A stretch of DNA of 64,000 bases from Candidatus Woesebacteria bacterium RIFCSPHIGHO2_02_FULL_42_20 (lineage in GTDB: Bacteria; Patescibacteriota; Microgenomatia; UBA8517). Under the pieces are notes generated by a model. The model had not been told where the DNA came from. It was given only the letters and a program-made list of their open reading frames with translations, and did not search any database. The position numbers and the translations under genes were made by a program. The number at the start of each line of letters is the position of its first letter. The stretch's first letter is position 1. This document shows, piece by piece, positions 37,435-47,611 of this stretch. The DNA lies in assembly GCA_001792535.1 (NCBI GenBank), contig MGGS01000002.1, forward strand, positions 7,155 to 71,154, given 5' to 3'.

Positions 37435-39738
37435 ATGAAAGAATTTAAAGAAAGTATTATTGTAGGAGGTAAAACTCTGACCATTTCAAGCGGTAAGTTT
37501 GCGGCCCAAGCAAATGGATCGGTAATGGTAACACTAGGAGACACCGTGGTTTTTGCTGCGGCAACCTCGTCAAGTTTTGACACCGATCGTGATTACTTTC
37601 CCTTAACGGTTGACTATATGGAGCGCCTTTATGCCGGTGGACGGATTAAAGGGAGCCGCTGGGTAAAGCGCGAAGGTAGGCCGACGGACGAGGAGATATT
37701 AACCTGCCGGCTTATCGACCGCTCGATTAGGCCCTTATTTCCCGAATCTTACAAAAAGGAAGTCCAAGTGATTGCGATGGTTTTGTCGGTTGATTTGGTC
37801 AATAGACCGGACATTGTAGGTTGCATCGCAGCCTCAAGCGCTATCTGTATTTCAGACATTCCATTCAAAGAGCCTGTGGTGACGGTCAGCATCGGTAGTA
37901 AAAACGGTAAGTTAATTGTATATCCCTCGGTCGATGAAGTTGCAACCGGGGATCTAGACCTGACGGTCAGTGTAACCAAAGACTCTGTTGTTATGATCGA
38001 GGCCGGGGCAAAGGAAGTCAGCGAAGCCACAATCGTTGAAGCGATTGATCTGGCCCAAAAAGAGGGTAAGAAAGTAATCAAGCTTGTCGCTAAGTTTGCC
38101 CGGAAGGTGGGAATCAAAAAGCAAACCTTTGTAGATGAAAATTTGGACGCCGGGACCAAAAAGAGAATCGAAAAATTGGCGGGTGACAAGCTTGATTCCT
38201 TGATTGTTGCTATGGCCACTACAGAGGGCAGCTACGGAGATTACAACGAACTCAAGTCGGCGGTTGCAGGAGAATTCGAAGACGAAGTAAAAGGTAGAGT
38301 GGCAGCTGGATTTGACTATTTATTTAAAGAAAAGGTGCGTAAAATGATCCTTTCAGGCAAGCGGCCCGATGGTCGAAAACACGAGGCGATTAGGGATTTG
38401 TCCGCTGAAGTTGGGATTTTGCCAAGGACCCACGGGTCAGGGCTTTTTGCCCGCGGCCAGACTCAGGTGCTAAGCGTTACGACTCTTGGCTCGCACACTT
38501 TTGAACAGTTACTCGAAAGCGCCGAAGGAGACGAGTCCAAGCGGTATATGCACCATTATTCTATGCCTCCGTATTCGACAGGTGAAGTCGGGAGAATTGG
38601 GTCGCCGAATAGGCGCGAAATAGGTCACGGGGCGTTGGCCGAGAGAGCTTTGATGCCGGTAATTCCCAGTGAGGAAGTTTTTCCTTACACAATCCGGGTG
38701 GTTTCCGAAGTTATGAGTTCCAACGGCTCGACTTCGATGGCATCTGTCTGCGGCTCGACACTGTCGCTTATGGATGCCGGTGTTCCATTGACTAATCCGG
38801 TAGCAGGGATTGCTATGGGTTTGGTGGTGGACAATGACCCGACTGCGCTTGCAGGCAAAAAGTACGCTGTTTTGACCGACATTGCGGGGTTAGAAGACGG
38901 CAATGGCGATATGGACTTTAAAGTTGCCGGTACCAAAAAAGGAATAACGGCTTTGCAACTTGACGTCAAGACATTGAAACTGACCAGGTCGATACTTGAA
39001 GCGGCGTTAAAGCAAGCCAAAGAGGCTCGTGAAGAAATCATGTCCGTAATTGTCAAAACACTAAGTACCCCTCGTGAGCGAGTCTCGCAGTATGCCCCGA
39101 AGATTAGAACTACAAAAATCGATCCGTTCAAAATTGGTGAGTTGATTGGCCCGGGAGGAAAGACGATTAAAGGAATAATAGCTAAAACAGGTGCCGATGT
39201 TGATGTTGAAGACGACGGGACGGTTTACGTAAGTGCGATTGACGAGGCAGCAGTAAGTGCCGCGATTGATGAAATTACTAAACTTACAAAGGAAATTTTA
39301 CCGAACGAGATCTACGAAGGCGAAGTGAAAAGGGTGGAAAACTACGGTGCCTTTGTCGAAATTCTACCTAAAAAGGAGGGATTGGTACATGTTTCCGATA
39401 TGTCTCAGGAGTTTGTCAAGGATGTTTCAAGCCTGGTCAAATTAGGAGACAAAGTGAAAGTTCGGGTAAAAGAAATAGACAGCCTTGGAAGGTTAAACCT
39501 TTCAATGGTAATGGACCCGGCTTTTGACAAGCAGAAGGAGGAAAGAGACAGGGAGCGTAACCGTGGCGGTAGAGATTTCGGCCGTGACAGGCGGGATCAA
39601 GGCCGTGGCCGCGGCAGCATCAGCAGATTTGGCGGTAGAAGAAGAGACAGTAATTTCAGGGACCGAGGTGGCTTTGGCGGTCCTCATTTTCCTGCGAGCA
39701 GTTTGATGGACCAGTCATCAAAGGATTTCCGCGAATAA
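37435..39738 (+). CDS. pnp: polynucleotide phosphorylase with Arg/Gly-rich C-terminal tail
   Basis: 767 aa; two RNase PH domains, KH, S1; C-terminal ~70 aa RGG/RD-repeat low-complexity extension. Confidence 0.95.
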   Translation: MKEFKESIIVGGKTLTISSGKFAAQANGSVMVTLGDTVVFAAATSSSFDTDRDYFPLTVDYMERLYAGGRIKGSRWVKREGRPTDEEILTCRLIDRSIRPLFPESYKKEVQVIAMVLSVDLVNRPDIVGCIAASSAICISDIPFKEPVVTVSIGSKNGKLIVYPSVDEVATGDLDLTVSVTKDSVVMIEAGAKEVSEATIVEAIDLAQKEGKKVIKLVAKFARKVGIKKQTFVDENLDAGTKKRIEKLAGDKLDSLIVAMATTEGSYGDYNELKSAVAGEFEDEVKGRVAAGFDYLFKEKVRKMILSGKRPDGRKHEAIRDLSAEVGILPRTHGSGLFARGQTQVLSVTTLGSHTFEQLLESAEGDESKRYMHHYSMPPYSTGEVGRIGSPNRREIGHGALAERALMPVIPSEEVFPYTIRVVSEVMSSNGSTSMASVCGSTLSLMDAGVPLTNPVAGIAMGLVVDNDPTALAGKKYAVLTDIAGLEDGNGDMDFKVAGTKKGITALQLDVKTLKLTRSILEAALKQAKEAREEIMSVIVKTLSTPRERVSQYAPKIRTTKIDPFKIGELIGPGGKTIKGIIAKTGADVDVEDDGTVYVSAIDEAAVSAAIDEITKLTKEILPNEIYEGEVKRVENYGAFVEILPKKEGLVHVSDMSQEFVKDVSSLVKLGDKVKVRVKEIDSLGRLNLSMVMDPAFDKQKEERDRERNRGGRDFGRDRRDQGRGRGSISRFGGRRRDSNFRDRGGFGGPHFPASSLMDQSSKDFRE

Positions 39739-39773
39739 GCATAATGCTTCTTTTTCTGTTAATATAATTTAAA

Positions 39774-40820
39774 GTGACGGCAAACGTATTAGATCAGCTA
39801 ACCAAAATCGGGGAGCGTGTGAAGTCAGCGGATATTCCTCAAGGACTTCGCGAAGATATTTTAAACAGGGTAAGTCAACTTGGAAATTTGGTTGAGTCTT
39901 CTACCTTTTTACCTGAATTTGACCGTATGAATAGTTATGTTGACTGGGTGGTTGGCCTCCCGTGGGATAAAAAGAGCCAGGACACACTTGATCTTGTCAA
40001 GTCAAAAGAAATATTAGACCGGAATCATTACGGTTTAGACGAGATCAAAGAGCGGATTTTGGAATATATGTCGGTTGTGAAACTTAATGAGGAAGACAAA
40101 GAGAATATTGCTCATGCACCGATACTTTGCTTTGTTGGATTGGTTGGTACCGGGAAGACAACTATTGCAAAGTCGATTGCCCAGGCTATGGGAAAGCAAT
40201 TTGTGCGTATTCCTTTTGGTGGTATGGGGGATCCATTGGATTTAAGAGGGCTGTCTAGGATGCATCCGGAGGCCGAGCCGGGCAAAGTAATTAAAGCAGT
40301 CAAATTGGCGGGGACAAGAAACCCTGTGATACTTTTGGATGAGATCGATAGGGTTACAGACGAAGGCCGATCGTCTATTATGGGAGTACTGGTGGAGTTG
40401 CTTGATCCCCAACAGAACAACGCTTTTGTGGATCACTACATTGACTATCCGTTTGATCTTTCGGAAGCGCTCTTTATTGCCACAGCCAATAATACGATAA
40501 AGATTTCTACCGCAGTTCTCGACAGATTGGAACCACTTATGATGCCGTCATATACCGACAATGAAAAAATAGTAATCGGTCAAAAATATATTTTCCCCAG
40601 AGTAATGCAAGAGTCCGGACTACCCGAAAACAGTCTTACTATTCAAGAAGACGTTTGGCCGAATATTGTGCGACCGTTAGGATTTGACGCCGGAATCAGG
40701 ACGCTGCAGAGGACAATTGAAGGTGTTGTTAGAAAATCCGTCCGGGAAATAGTCGAAGGTAAGGTTGACCGGGTTGAGGTGAACAAGGATAATGTCAAAA
40801 AGTACTTGCCGCAGCTCTAG
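39774..40820 (+). CDS. Lon-type AAA+ ATPase module lacking the N-terminal substrate domain and the serine-peptidase domain
   Basis: 348 aa; aligns to Lon residues ~270-590: HYGLDEIKERILEYMSV, Walker A GLVGTGKTT, Walker B VILLDEIDRV, sensor regions; ORF ends where the Lon P domain would begin and the next gene starts 6 nt later. Confidence 0.75.
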   Translation: MTANVLDQLTKIGERVKSADIPQGLREDILNRVSQLGNLVESSTFLPEFDRMNSYVDWVVGLPWDKKSQDTLDLVKSKEILDRNHYGLDEIKERILEYMSVVKLNEEDKENIAHAPILCFVGLVGTGKTTIAKSIAQAMGKQFVRIPFGGMGDPLDLRGLSRMHPEAEPGKVIKAVKLAGTRNPVILLDEIDRVTDEGRSSIMGVLVELLDPQQNNAFVDHYIDYPFDLSEALFIATANNTIKISTAVLDRLEPLMMPSYTDNEKIVIGQKYIFPRVMQESGLPENSLTIQEDVWPNIVRPLGFDAGIRTLQRTIEGVVRKSVREIVEGKVDRVEVNKDNVKKYLPQL

Positions 40821-40825
40821 CTAAT

Positions 40826-41335
40826 ATGTTAATTGCAATTTTGTCAGACATTCACGACCATATTTGGAACCTTGAAAAGGCAAAAAAGGTTATTAAGAAA
40901 GAAAAATGTGAAGCTGTTGTATTTTGTGGTGATATGTGTGCTCCTTTTACTACCCAGATACTTACCGCGACAGGCCTTCCCACTTATGCAGTTTGGGGAA
41001 ATGTGGATGAAGACCACTGGGCGATGGTTAAAAAGGGCGGGGATAACTTTTTTGCAGCAACTTTGTCTCAGGAGTTTAATGAGGTGGTGCTTGGAGGTAA
41101 AAAAATCGCCTTTTGTCACTATCCCAAACTTGGTTCCCTCTTGGCCGAAACCGGTTATTACGATGCGGTTTTCCATGGCCATACACACGTTACCTATTCC
41201 AAAAAAACGGGTAAGACGCTTTTGGCTAACCCCGGCGCTGTTTGCGGCATTGTGAAGGGCCGCGCCGGCCTAGCCAGTTTTATGGTTTTCGATACCGATA
41301 AAAACAGTCTTAGACTCGTGAAAATTAGCAAATGA
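40826..41335 (+). CDS. metallophosphoesterase (YfcE/MJ0936 family)
   Basis: 169 aa; LSDIHDH, GDMCAPF, GNVD, GHTH motifs. Confidence 0.8.
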   Translation: MLIAILSDIHDHIWNLEKAKKVIKKEKCEAVVFCGDMCAPFTTQILTATGLPTYAVWGNVDEDHWAMVKKGGDNFFAATLSQEFNEVVLGGKKIAFCHYPKLGSLLAETGYYDAVFHGHTHVTYSKKTGKTLLANPGAVCGIVKGRAGLASFMVFDTDKNSLRLVKISK

Positions 41336-41955
41336 CCAAAAAAGAAAAATTGGCCGAGATCAAAAAAAGGATGGAAGCGGACAAAAGTCTTCCCCTGGCA
41401 AGCGGTGCTTCGCGGCTTGTGTTTGGCGATGGCAACCCGGACGCGCAAATATTAATGATCGGTGAAGGCCCGGGGTACTGGGAAGATCAGCAAGGTTTGC
41501 CTTTTGTCGGTAATGCCGGAAAACTATTGGACCAGCTTTTGGCAACAGCTCACCTTTCCAGGAATGATACTGTGTATATTACAAACGTGGTTCATCACAG
41601 ACCGCCCGGGAATCGCGACCCCGAGCCTAGCGAAATTGCCGCATATGGCAGATATTTGGACGAGATGATTGAGGTAATTGCGCCAGCAGCGATTGTAACT
41701 CTGGGCAGATTTTCAATGGCCAAGTTTCTGCCCGGTGCCAAAATTAGTCGTGATCACGGCAGACCCGTGACAATGCCTTGGAGGGGGCGAGAAATTGTGG
41801 TTGTTCCCATGTATCACCCAGCAGCTGCGCTTCGTAGTGGAGAAGTGATGCTTGCGGAAAGAGAAGATTTTGCTAGTCTTGAAAGTGGCCTTAAATCATT
41901 AGTGGACAAAAGAAGTGAAACTACAAAGGAAAGTGAGCAAATGCACTTAGTATGA
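41332..41955 (+). CDS. uracil-DNA glycosylase, family 4
   Basis: 207 aa; GEGPGYWEDQQGLPFVGNAGKLL signature. Confidence 0.88.
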   Translation: MTKKEKLAEIKKRMEADKSLPLASGASRLVFGDGNPDAQILMIGEGPGYWEDQQGLPFVGNAGKLLDQLLATAHLSRNDTVYITNVVHHRPPGNRDPEPSEIAAYGRYLDEMIEVIAPAAIVTLGRFSMAKFLPGAKISRDHGRPVTMPWRGREIVVVPMYHPAAALRSGEVMLAEREDFASLESGLKSLVDKRSETTKESEQMHLV

Positions 41956-43607
41956 GTGAGCTTAAATTTATCGTAATTTCGGGAACAACCGGAGTTACCG
42001 AAAATTGCTATATATATCAGTGGCAAGAGGAAATGATGGTTGTTGATTGCGGTGTGGGCTTCCCCGACCCGGAGATGTTGGGTGTCGACCTTGTGATTCC
42101 CGACTTTACCTATATTAAGAAAAACAAAGACAAGCTTAGAGGAATACTTATTTCTCATGGCCACGAAGACCACCTTGGTGCTCTGCCCTTTCTTTTTCGC
42201 GATGTTGACGTGCCCATATATGCAACAAAGCTTGTGGCAGGATTTATCGAAGACAAGTTTGCAGACTACGGACTCAAGCCGCCAAGAATTACTGTTTTTA
42301 ATCCGGAGCGTGATGCTTTTGCAGTCGGGGTCTTTAAAATAAATCCTTTTCGGGTTTCCCACTCGGTTCCGGACGGGGTCGGCTACGCGATTGACACCCC
42401 GGCAGGCCGTGTTTTCCATGTGCCCGATTACAAATTTGATTGGACGCCGGTTGATGGCAGGCCGTTTGATATTGCCCGTGCGGCAATGCTTGCAAGTGGT
42501 GGAGTTTTGGCGCTGGCTTCGGATTCACTTGGCTCGACAACTGAAGGTTACACAAAGTCCGAAAAAGAGATTGAAACGAAGGTGGAGACTATAGCCCGTG
42601 ACGCGAAGAAAAAAATTCTTTTTACGACAATTTCGTCCAACATATCGAGAATTAAGCAAGCTTTAAATGTTGCAGCTAAACTTAGGCGCAAGGTTGTTAT
42701 TGTCGGCCGGTCTATTGAAAAGAAGGTGGAAATTGCACAAAGACTGGGCTACCTTGATTTTGACAAGCATCTGTTGATTTTACCCAAAGAAGCAAAACGG
42801 TTTAGGGACAGTCAGTTATTCTTTATAATATCCGGAAGTTACGGCCAAATAGGAAGTGCTTTGTACCGGGTCGCCATTTCCGACCACCAATTTATTCGCG
42901 TCAGCGAAGACGATGTGGTGATTTTTTCGGGCGATCCCGCGCCTCCGGGGTCTAAAGACAATGTGGATTTTGTGGTAGACAGATTGATTGAGCTTGGCGT
43001 AGACGTGCATTACTACGACACCCAAGAAGATTTGCATGTATCGGGTCACGGCTCCCGAGAGGACATAAACACTCTTTTTGGACTGGTGCGGCCAAAGTAT
43101 TTTATCCCGATTGGCGGCACAATTAGACACAACAAAGCTTATAAAAGAATGGCAATGGATTTTGGGGCGAATGAGCATAGTGTCTTTGAACTAAAAGGTG
43201 GCAACATATTAGAACTTGGCGAAAACGGGGCCTTCGTGCTGCCGGAGAAGATTCCTTCAAGAAGCGTCATGGTCGATGGCCTTGGTGTTGGCGACGTTGG
43301 CAATATAGTATTAAGGGATAGAAGCGTTTTGGCGACAGACGGAGTAGCGATTGCTGTCATTGAACTCAATAAAGACACTAAAAAGCTTAGTAATACTCCG
43401 GACATTATAAGCCGCGGATTTGTCTATAAAGGAGCTAAAGAGTCTTTATTAAAAGACGCCGGGTTTGCCCTGAAGGCAGAACTTGAAAGGATGAAGGAAT
43501 TAGACCAGAAACTGGCAAGAAACGTGGCGGCTGATTTTTTGGAAAGGTACTTCAATAAAAAAATTGCCCGCCGCCCCATGATTTTACCCGTGATTGTAGA
43601 AGTTTAA
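41952..43607 (+). CDS. rnj: ribonuclease J (beta-CASP metallo-beta-lactamase)
   Basis: 551 aa; HGHEDHLGALP motif, beta-CASP region, C-terminal domain. Confidence 0.9.
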   Translation: MSELKFIVISGTTGVTENCYIYQWQEEMMVVDCGVGFPDPEMLGVDLVIPDFTYIKKNKDKLRGILISHGHEDHLGALPFLFRDVDVPIYATKLVAGFIEDKFADYGLKPPRITVFNPERDAFAVGVFKINPFRVSHSVPDGVGYAIDTPAGRVFHVPDYKFDWTPVDGRPFDIARAAMLASGGVLALASDSLGSTTEGYTKSEKEIETKVETIARDAKKKILFTTISSNISRIKQALNVAAKLRRKVVIVGRSIEKKVEIAQRLGYLDFDKHLLILPKEAKRFRDSQLFFIISGSYGQIGSALYRVAISDHQFIRVSEDDVVIFSGDPAPPGSKDNVDFVVDRLIELGVDVHYYDTQEDLHVSGHGSREDINTLFGLVRPKYFIPIGGTIRHNKAYKRMAMDFGANEHSVFELKGGNILELGENGAFVLPEKIPSRSVMVDGLGVGDVGNIVLRDRSVLATDGVAIAVIELNKDTKKLSNTPDIISRGFVYKGAKESLLKDAGFALKAELERMKELDQKLARNVAADFLERYFNKKIARRPMILPVIVEV

Positions 43608-43612
43608 GAGAA

Positions 43613-43659
43613 CACTTTACTTATTGACAAGAGTAAAGCTTACTGATATAAGTAAAGTG
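43613..43659 (+). promoter_or_regulatory. promoter with flanking 11-bp inverted repeat (operator-like) for the AbrB/VapC module
   Basis: CACTTTACTTA (43613-43623) ... TAAGTAAAGTG (43649-43659); TTGACA (43624-43629)-17 nt-TATAAG (43647-43652); ATG at 43662. Confidence 0.5.
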
Positions 43660-43661
43660 AT

Positions 43662-43940
43662 ATGAAAATAGTAACGATATCTTCAAAAAGACAAATGACT
43701 ATTCCAAGGAGCTATTTGGAAGTGCTGGGTCTGGAGTCTTATGGAAAGGCAATTTTGGAAAAAGAAAAGGACAAAGTGGTAATTAGGCCCATGAAAGGGT
43801 CGGTAGTAGATCAGGTTGCCGGGAGCCTTCGAGGATACGTTAGACCATCTTTACTGGGTAAAAGCGTAGAAGAAATAAACAAGGAGGCTGGGGAGGCTTA
43901 TACAAAATACCTGGCGAAAAAATTTAAGCTTATCAAATGA
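43662..43940 (+). CDS. AbrB/MazE (SpoVT-AbrB) family antitoxin
   Basis: 92 aa; MKIVTISSKRQMTIPRSYLEVLGLE swapped-hairpin signature. Confidence 0.75.
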   Translation: MKIVTISSKRQMTIPRSYLEVLGLESYGKAILEKEKDKVVIRPMKGSVVDQVAGSLRGYVRPSLLGKSVEEINKEAGEAYTKYLAKKFKLIK

Positions 43941-44323
43941 TAACTTGCGTATTTGATACAAATGTACTGCTTCGTCTTTTTCTGAGAGACATTGAAAGTC
44001 AGTTTTTAGAAACGACTAGAGTATTAAAAGAGATTGAAGATGAAAAATCTACAGGAAAACTTTCAGCATTGGTTGTTGCAGAAACAATTTGGACATTTGA
44101 AAGTGTTTATAAATTAAACAGAAAGATAGTTATTGAGAAACTCCTTAGTTTAGTTGCATTAAAAAATATTAAGATCATTGAAGTAAAAAAAGACGTTCTT
44201 GTGGAAATCCTAAAAAGAATGATTGGAAACAAATTAGATTTTGTGGATGTTTATCTTTCCAAGATTGCCACCAAAAAAGAGATTTTTTCTTTTGACCGTG
44301 ACTTCAAAAAACTGTACAGATAA
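43937..44323 (+). CDS. vapC: PIN-domain toxin VapC
   Basis: 128 aa; N-terminal CVFDTNVLL; ATGA overlap with antitoxin gene. Confidence 0.8.
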   Translation: MITCVFDTNVLLRLFLRDIESQFLETTRVLKEIEDEKSTGKLSALVVAETIWTFESVYKLNRKIVIEKLLSLVALKNIKIIEVKKDVLVEILKRMIGNKLDFVDVYLSKIATKKEIFSFDRDFKKLYR

Positions 44324-44325
44324 CT

Positions 44326-44790
44326 TCACACTACTCCATTCATTCTGAGTTTGGCGAAGAGTGATTTTGCCTGTGATTGTGGAAGTTTAACTGAGGGTAT
44401 TAGCCCCAGCTTTTCAAGGCTGGCTTTAAGCCCAACGGAATTTTTTACAATAGGATCACCAGTTTTTATCCATTTGTACGCTTGAGACTCCCCTTCATCA
44501 ATTTTTAGTTTTGATTCATTAGCTATTTTTATAAGTGAAGTAATGACGACCCATCTAATTTTCCCGCTGTCCACCCAGAAAGGTTCTGTAGTTTTTATTA
44601 TTTTTCCCACCAAATTGGTTTCTTCTTTTAATTCTCTAAGTGCAGCTTCTTCCGCTGACTCTCTATCTTGGATGTAACCTGTAACGCAATTCCATTTATC
44701 AGGGCTTGAGCGGTGTTTTGCGCGCTGGAGAACTAATGCTTCACCCTTTTTGTTAATTGCAATTGCGTGAACTGTCACATAAGTTTTCAT
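44326..44790 (-). CDS. Nudix hydrolase
   Basis: 154 aa; Nudix box GYIQDRESAEEAALRELKEETNL. Confidence 0.85.
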   Translation of the reverse strand: MKTYVTVHAIAINKKGEALVLQRAKHRSSPDKWNCVTGYIQDRESAEEAALRELKEETNLVGKIIKTTEPFWVDSGKIRWVVITSLIKIANESKLKIDEGESQAYKWIKTGDPIVKNSVGLKASLEKLGLIPSVKLPQSQAKSLFAKLRMNGVV

Positions 44791-44854
44791 ATCTGGATTA
44801 TATCAGCTGGTAGATTATTTCCAAATTAAGACACAAGTTGGGTATAATGGGTGT

Positions 44855-46975
44855 ATGGCCAGATTTAGAAAGAAAAAGAGGGGCGGGTTTCCAAAGAAAA
44901 GTTTTAAGATAAAGCTAAAGCGCGCTACCGTTTATTCGATTGCCCAAGTAGTCTTTTTCTCAATTGCGGTTTTACTTGTCGTTTCTTTTTCCAGACAAGG
45001 GCTTATTTTAGTGCGAATAAATGACTTGCTGGTTCAGCTTTTTTCCTGGACAGCAATATTTTTGCCGTTTGTGTTTTTGTCTTTCGGCTTCATGATATCA
45101 AAGTTTAAGATTCCTTTGTCCCAACCCAATGTCGTTGTCGGCGCTATTTTGTTTCTGCTCTCGGTGGCGAGTGCGAGTAAAGCGGGAGTCGTTGGCCGCT
45201 ATATTTGGGACGGAATCGAGGCTTTGGTGACGCCCGCAGGTGCTTATATGATGTTTTTTGGCGCTGCCTTTGTAGGGCTGGTTGTTTTCTTTAATACTTC
45301 GGTTGATCGGGTCCTTTCGTTGGTTGCGGTATTTTTGGTCCAAGTCAGGAAATATCTGGTGGGCGAGGCGCCACAACTACTTAATATTAGAAAGACTCTT
45401 TCCAAAGACAATCTGCTTCCCAGGCGCGAAATAAAAGTTACAGGAGCAGGTGGTCAGAATATGCAGGCCGTGGTCAAAAAGGTTGAGCATGGTACTAAGG
45501 GAAACATTTTAACCTCGCAGCTTGTGAGTAACGTCCCGGGCCAGGACAAGCTGTGGGAGTATCCTCCTGTTGATTTATTACAGGGCGATGGAGCCGGTAA
45601 AGCTGATCGGGGTGACATCAAAAACAATGCCGACATTATTGAAAAAACACTTGAATCATTTGGCATTACTGCCCGTGTGGTTGAAGTAAACCTTGGCCCG
45701 GCAGTTACTCAGTATGCATTGGAAGTGGCGCTTGGTACCAAGCTTTCCAAAATTACGGCTTTAGAGCGCGATTTGGCACTGGCTTTGGCTGCTCCTACCG
45801 GGACAATCAGGATAGAGGCACCAATTCCGGGCCGGTCGTTGGTCGGAATCGAACTACCAAATAGAGTGCCCGAATTTGTTCCCCTAAAAAAGATGCTCGA
45901 GTCCGACGTCATGAACAGCGCCAAATCCAAACTCACTTTGGCACTGGGTCTTGATGTTTCCGGTAAACCCATTGTTGCCGATCTTGCACGGATGCCGCAC
46001 GTGCTTATTGCCGGCCAAACCGGTTCCGGCAAAAGTGTTTGTATAAACGCGTTTTTGACGTCTATGCTCTTTCGTGCGTCGCCAAGCGAAGTTAAGTTCA
46101 TACTTGTTGACCCCAAACGAGTCGAGCTGACGACTTATAATGGAATTCCCCACCTTTTGTCTCCTGTTATTGTAGAGCCGGAAAAAGTTTTATCGGCACT
46201 TAGGTGGATATTAAGTGAGATGGACAGGCGCTATAAACTTTTTGCCCAGGCCGGTGCCAGAAATATCGAAAGTTATAATGACATGAGCGGTTTTCAGGCT
46301 CTGCCTTACATAGTGCTGATTATCGATGAATTGGCGGACATTATGCTTTTTTCGCCAACGGAGGTGGAGGACTCAATTACCAGGATTGCTCAAATGAGCC
46401 GGGCGACTGGTATTCATATGATTTTGGCGACACAGCGGCCTTCGGTAGATGTGATTACCGGGCTCATTAAAGCCAATGTGCCTTCCCGAATTGCCTTTGC
46501 GGTCAGTTCCTTGGTTGACTCGCGTGTCATACTTGACACCCAAGGGGCAGAAAAGTTATTAGGGCGAGGAGATATGTTGTTTTTGCCGCCGGAACAGGCA
46601 AAGCCGATGAGGATCCAGGGTGCGTTTTTGGCTGATAGGGAAATTAGTTTATTGATTTCGTATTTGAAGGGTCGTGGTGTGAACCCGCAATATACCGAAG
46701 AGGTTACCGAGATGCCCAAGTCCTCGTTTGCCGGTGGAGCTGTTGATAATGCCGATGAGTTTTTTGCCGATGCGGTGCGTTTGGTTTGCCAATTTGGCAA
46801 AGCATCGGCGTCCCTTTTGCAAAGGAGACTTTCGGTTGGTTATGCTCGCGCTGCAAGGATTATTGACCAGCTTGAAGCTGCAGGAGTGGTTGGACCATCT
46901 GATGGCAGTTCCAAACCTCGGGAGGTTTTAATTAAAGACGCCGAGAGTTTTTTATCTTCCCAGAAGTCCGGATAG
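44855..46975 (+). CDS. ftsK: DNA translocase FtsK/SpoIIIE
   Basis: 706 aa; N-terminal TM helices, Walker A IAGQTGSGKSV, C-terminal winged-helix gamma domain; extended -10 TGGGTATAAT upstream. Confidence 0.93.
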   Translation: MARFRKKKRGGFPKKSFKIKLKRATVYSIAQVVFFSIAVLLVVSFSRQGLILVRINDLLVQLFSWTAIFLPFVFLSFGFMISKFKIPLSQPNVVVGAILFLLSVASASKAGVVGRYIWDGIEALVTPAGAYMMFFGAAFVGLVVFFNTSVDRVLSLVAVFLVQVRKYLVGEAPQLLNIRKTLSKDNLLPRREIKVTGAGGQNMQAVVKKVEHGTKGNILTSQLVSNVPGQDKLWEYPPVDLLQGDGAGKADRGDIKNNADIIEKTLESFGITARVVEVNLGPAVTQYALEVALGTKLSKITALERDLALALAAPTGTIRIEAPIPGRSLVGIELPNRVPEFVPLKKMLESDVMNSAKSKLTLALGLDVSGKPIVADLARMPHVLIAGQTGSGKSVCINAFLTSMLFRASPSEVKFILVDPKRVELTTYNGIPHLLSPVIVEPEKVLSALRWILSEMDRRYKLFAQAGARNIESYNDMSGFQALPYIVLIIDELADIMLFSPTEVEDSITRIAQMSRATGIHMILATQRPSVDVITGLIKANVPSRIAFAVSSLVDSRVILDTQGAEKLLGRGDMLFLPPEQAKPMRIQGAFLADREISLLISYLKGRGVNPQYTEEVTEMPKSSFAGGAVDNADEFFADAVRLVCQFGKASASLLQRRLSVGYARAARIIDQLEAAGVVGPSDGSSKPREVLIKDAESFLSSQKSG

Positions 46976-46987
46976 GAATATACAAAA

Positions 46988-47611
46988 ATGAGAACAATAG
47001 GCCAAGTATTAAAAGATGCGAGGATTATAAAAGGGCTTGATCTAGCTAGCCTGGCTAAAACTACGAAGATTAAAACAACTTTTCTTGTTTCTATTGAAAA
47101 AGAAAACTGGAACAAGCTTCCCGAGTATCCCGTGGTGGTCGGTTTCGTCAAGACCTTGGGGAAGTTTTTGGAAGTAGGCGAAGGTCAGGCGGTCGCGCTC
47201 CTGCGACGGGATTATCCTCCGAAGGTTTTGTCGGTTAACCCCAAACCGGATGTGGAAAACAAATTTATTTGGAATCCCAAAAAATCTTTTTTGACAGGAA
47301 TTTTGGTGGTTTTTGTTTTCGTTGCAGGCTATTTGTTGTTTCAATACACGAGGTTTGCCAATCCGCCTGTTTTGCGAATTACGGATCCGATCGAAAATTT
47401 TGTTACCAGTGGAGCGACCATTACCGTTTCTGGTGTGACAAATCCCACAAGTGCTGTTAGAGTGAATAATCAACCCGTGATAGTAGGTGATGACGGCCAA
47501 TTCGAAACGCAACTGGATGTTTTGCCAGGCGAATTTAAAATCACAATAAGGTCTGTTTCCCGGTCGGGAAAAGAGACAGTTGTCGAGCGGGTTATCAAAG
47601 TAGAAGACTAA
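46988..47611 (+). CDS. RodZ-like protein (HTH + TM + DUF4115-like C-terminus)
   Basis: 207 aa; XRE-type HTH (IGQVLKDARIIKGLDLASLAKTT), one TM, C-terminal beta-rich domain. Confidence 0.55.
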   Translation: MRTIGQVLKDARIIKGLDLASLAKTTKIKTTFLVSIEKENWNKLPEYPVVVGFVKTLGKFLEVGEGQAVALLRRDYPPKVLSVNPKPDVENKFIWNPKKSFLTGILVVFVFVAGYLLFQYTRFANPPVLRITDPIENFVTSGATITVSGVTNPTSAVRVNNQPVIVGDDGQFETQLDVLPGEFKITIRSVSRSGKETVVERVIKVED

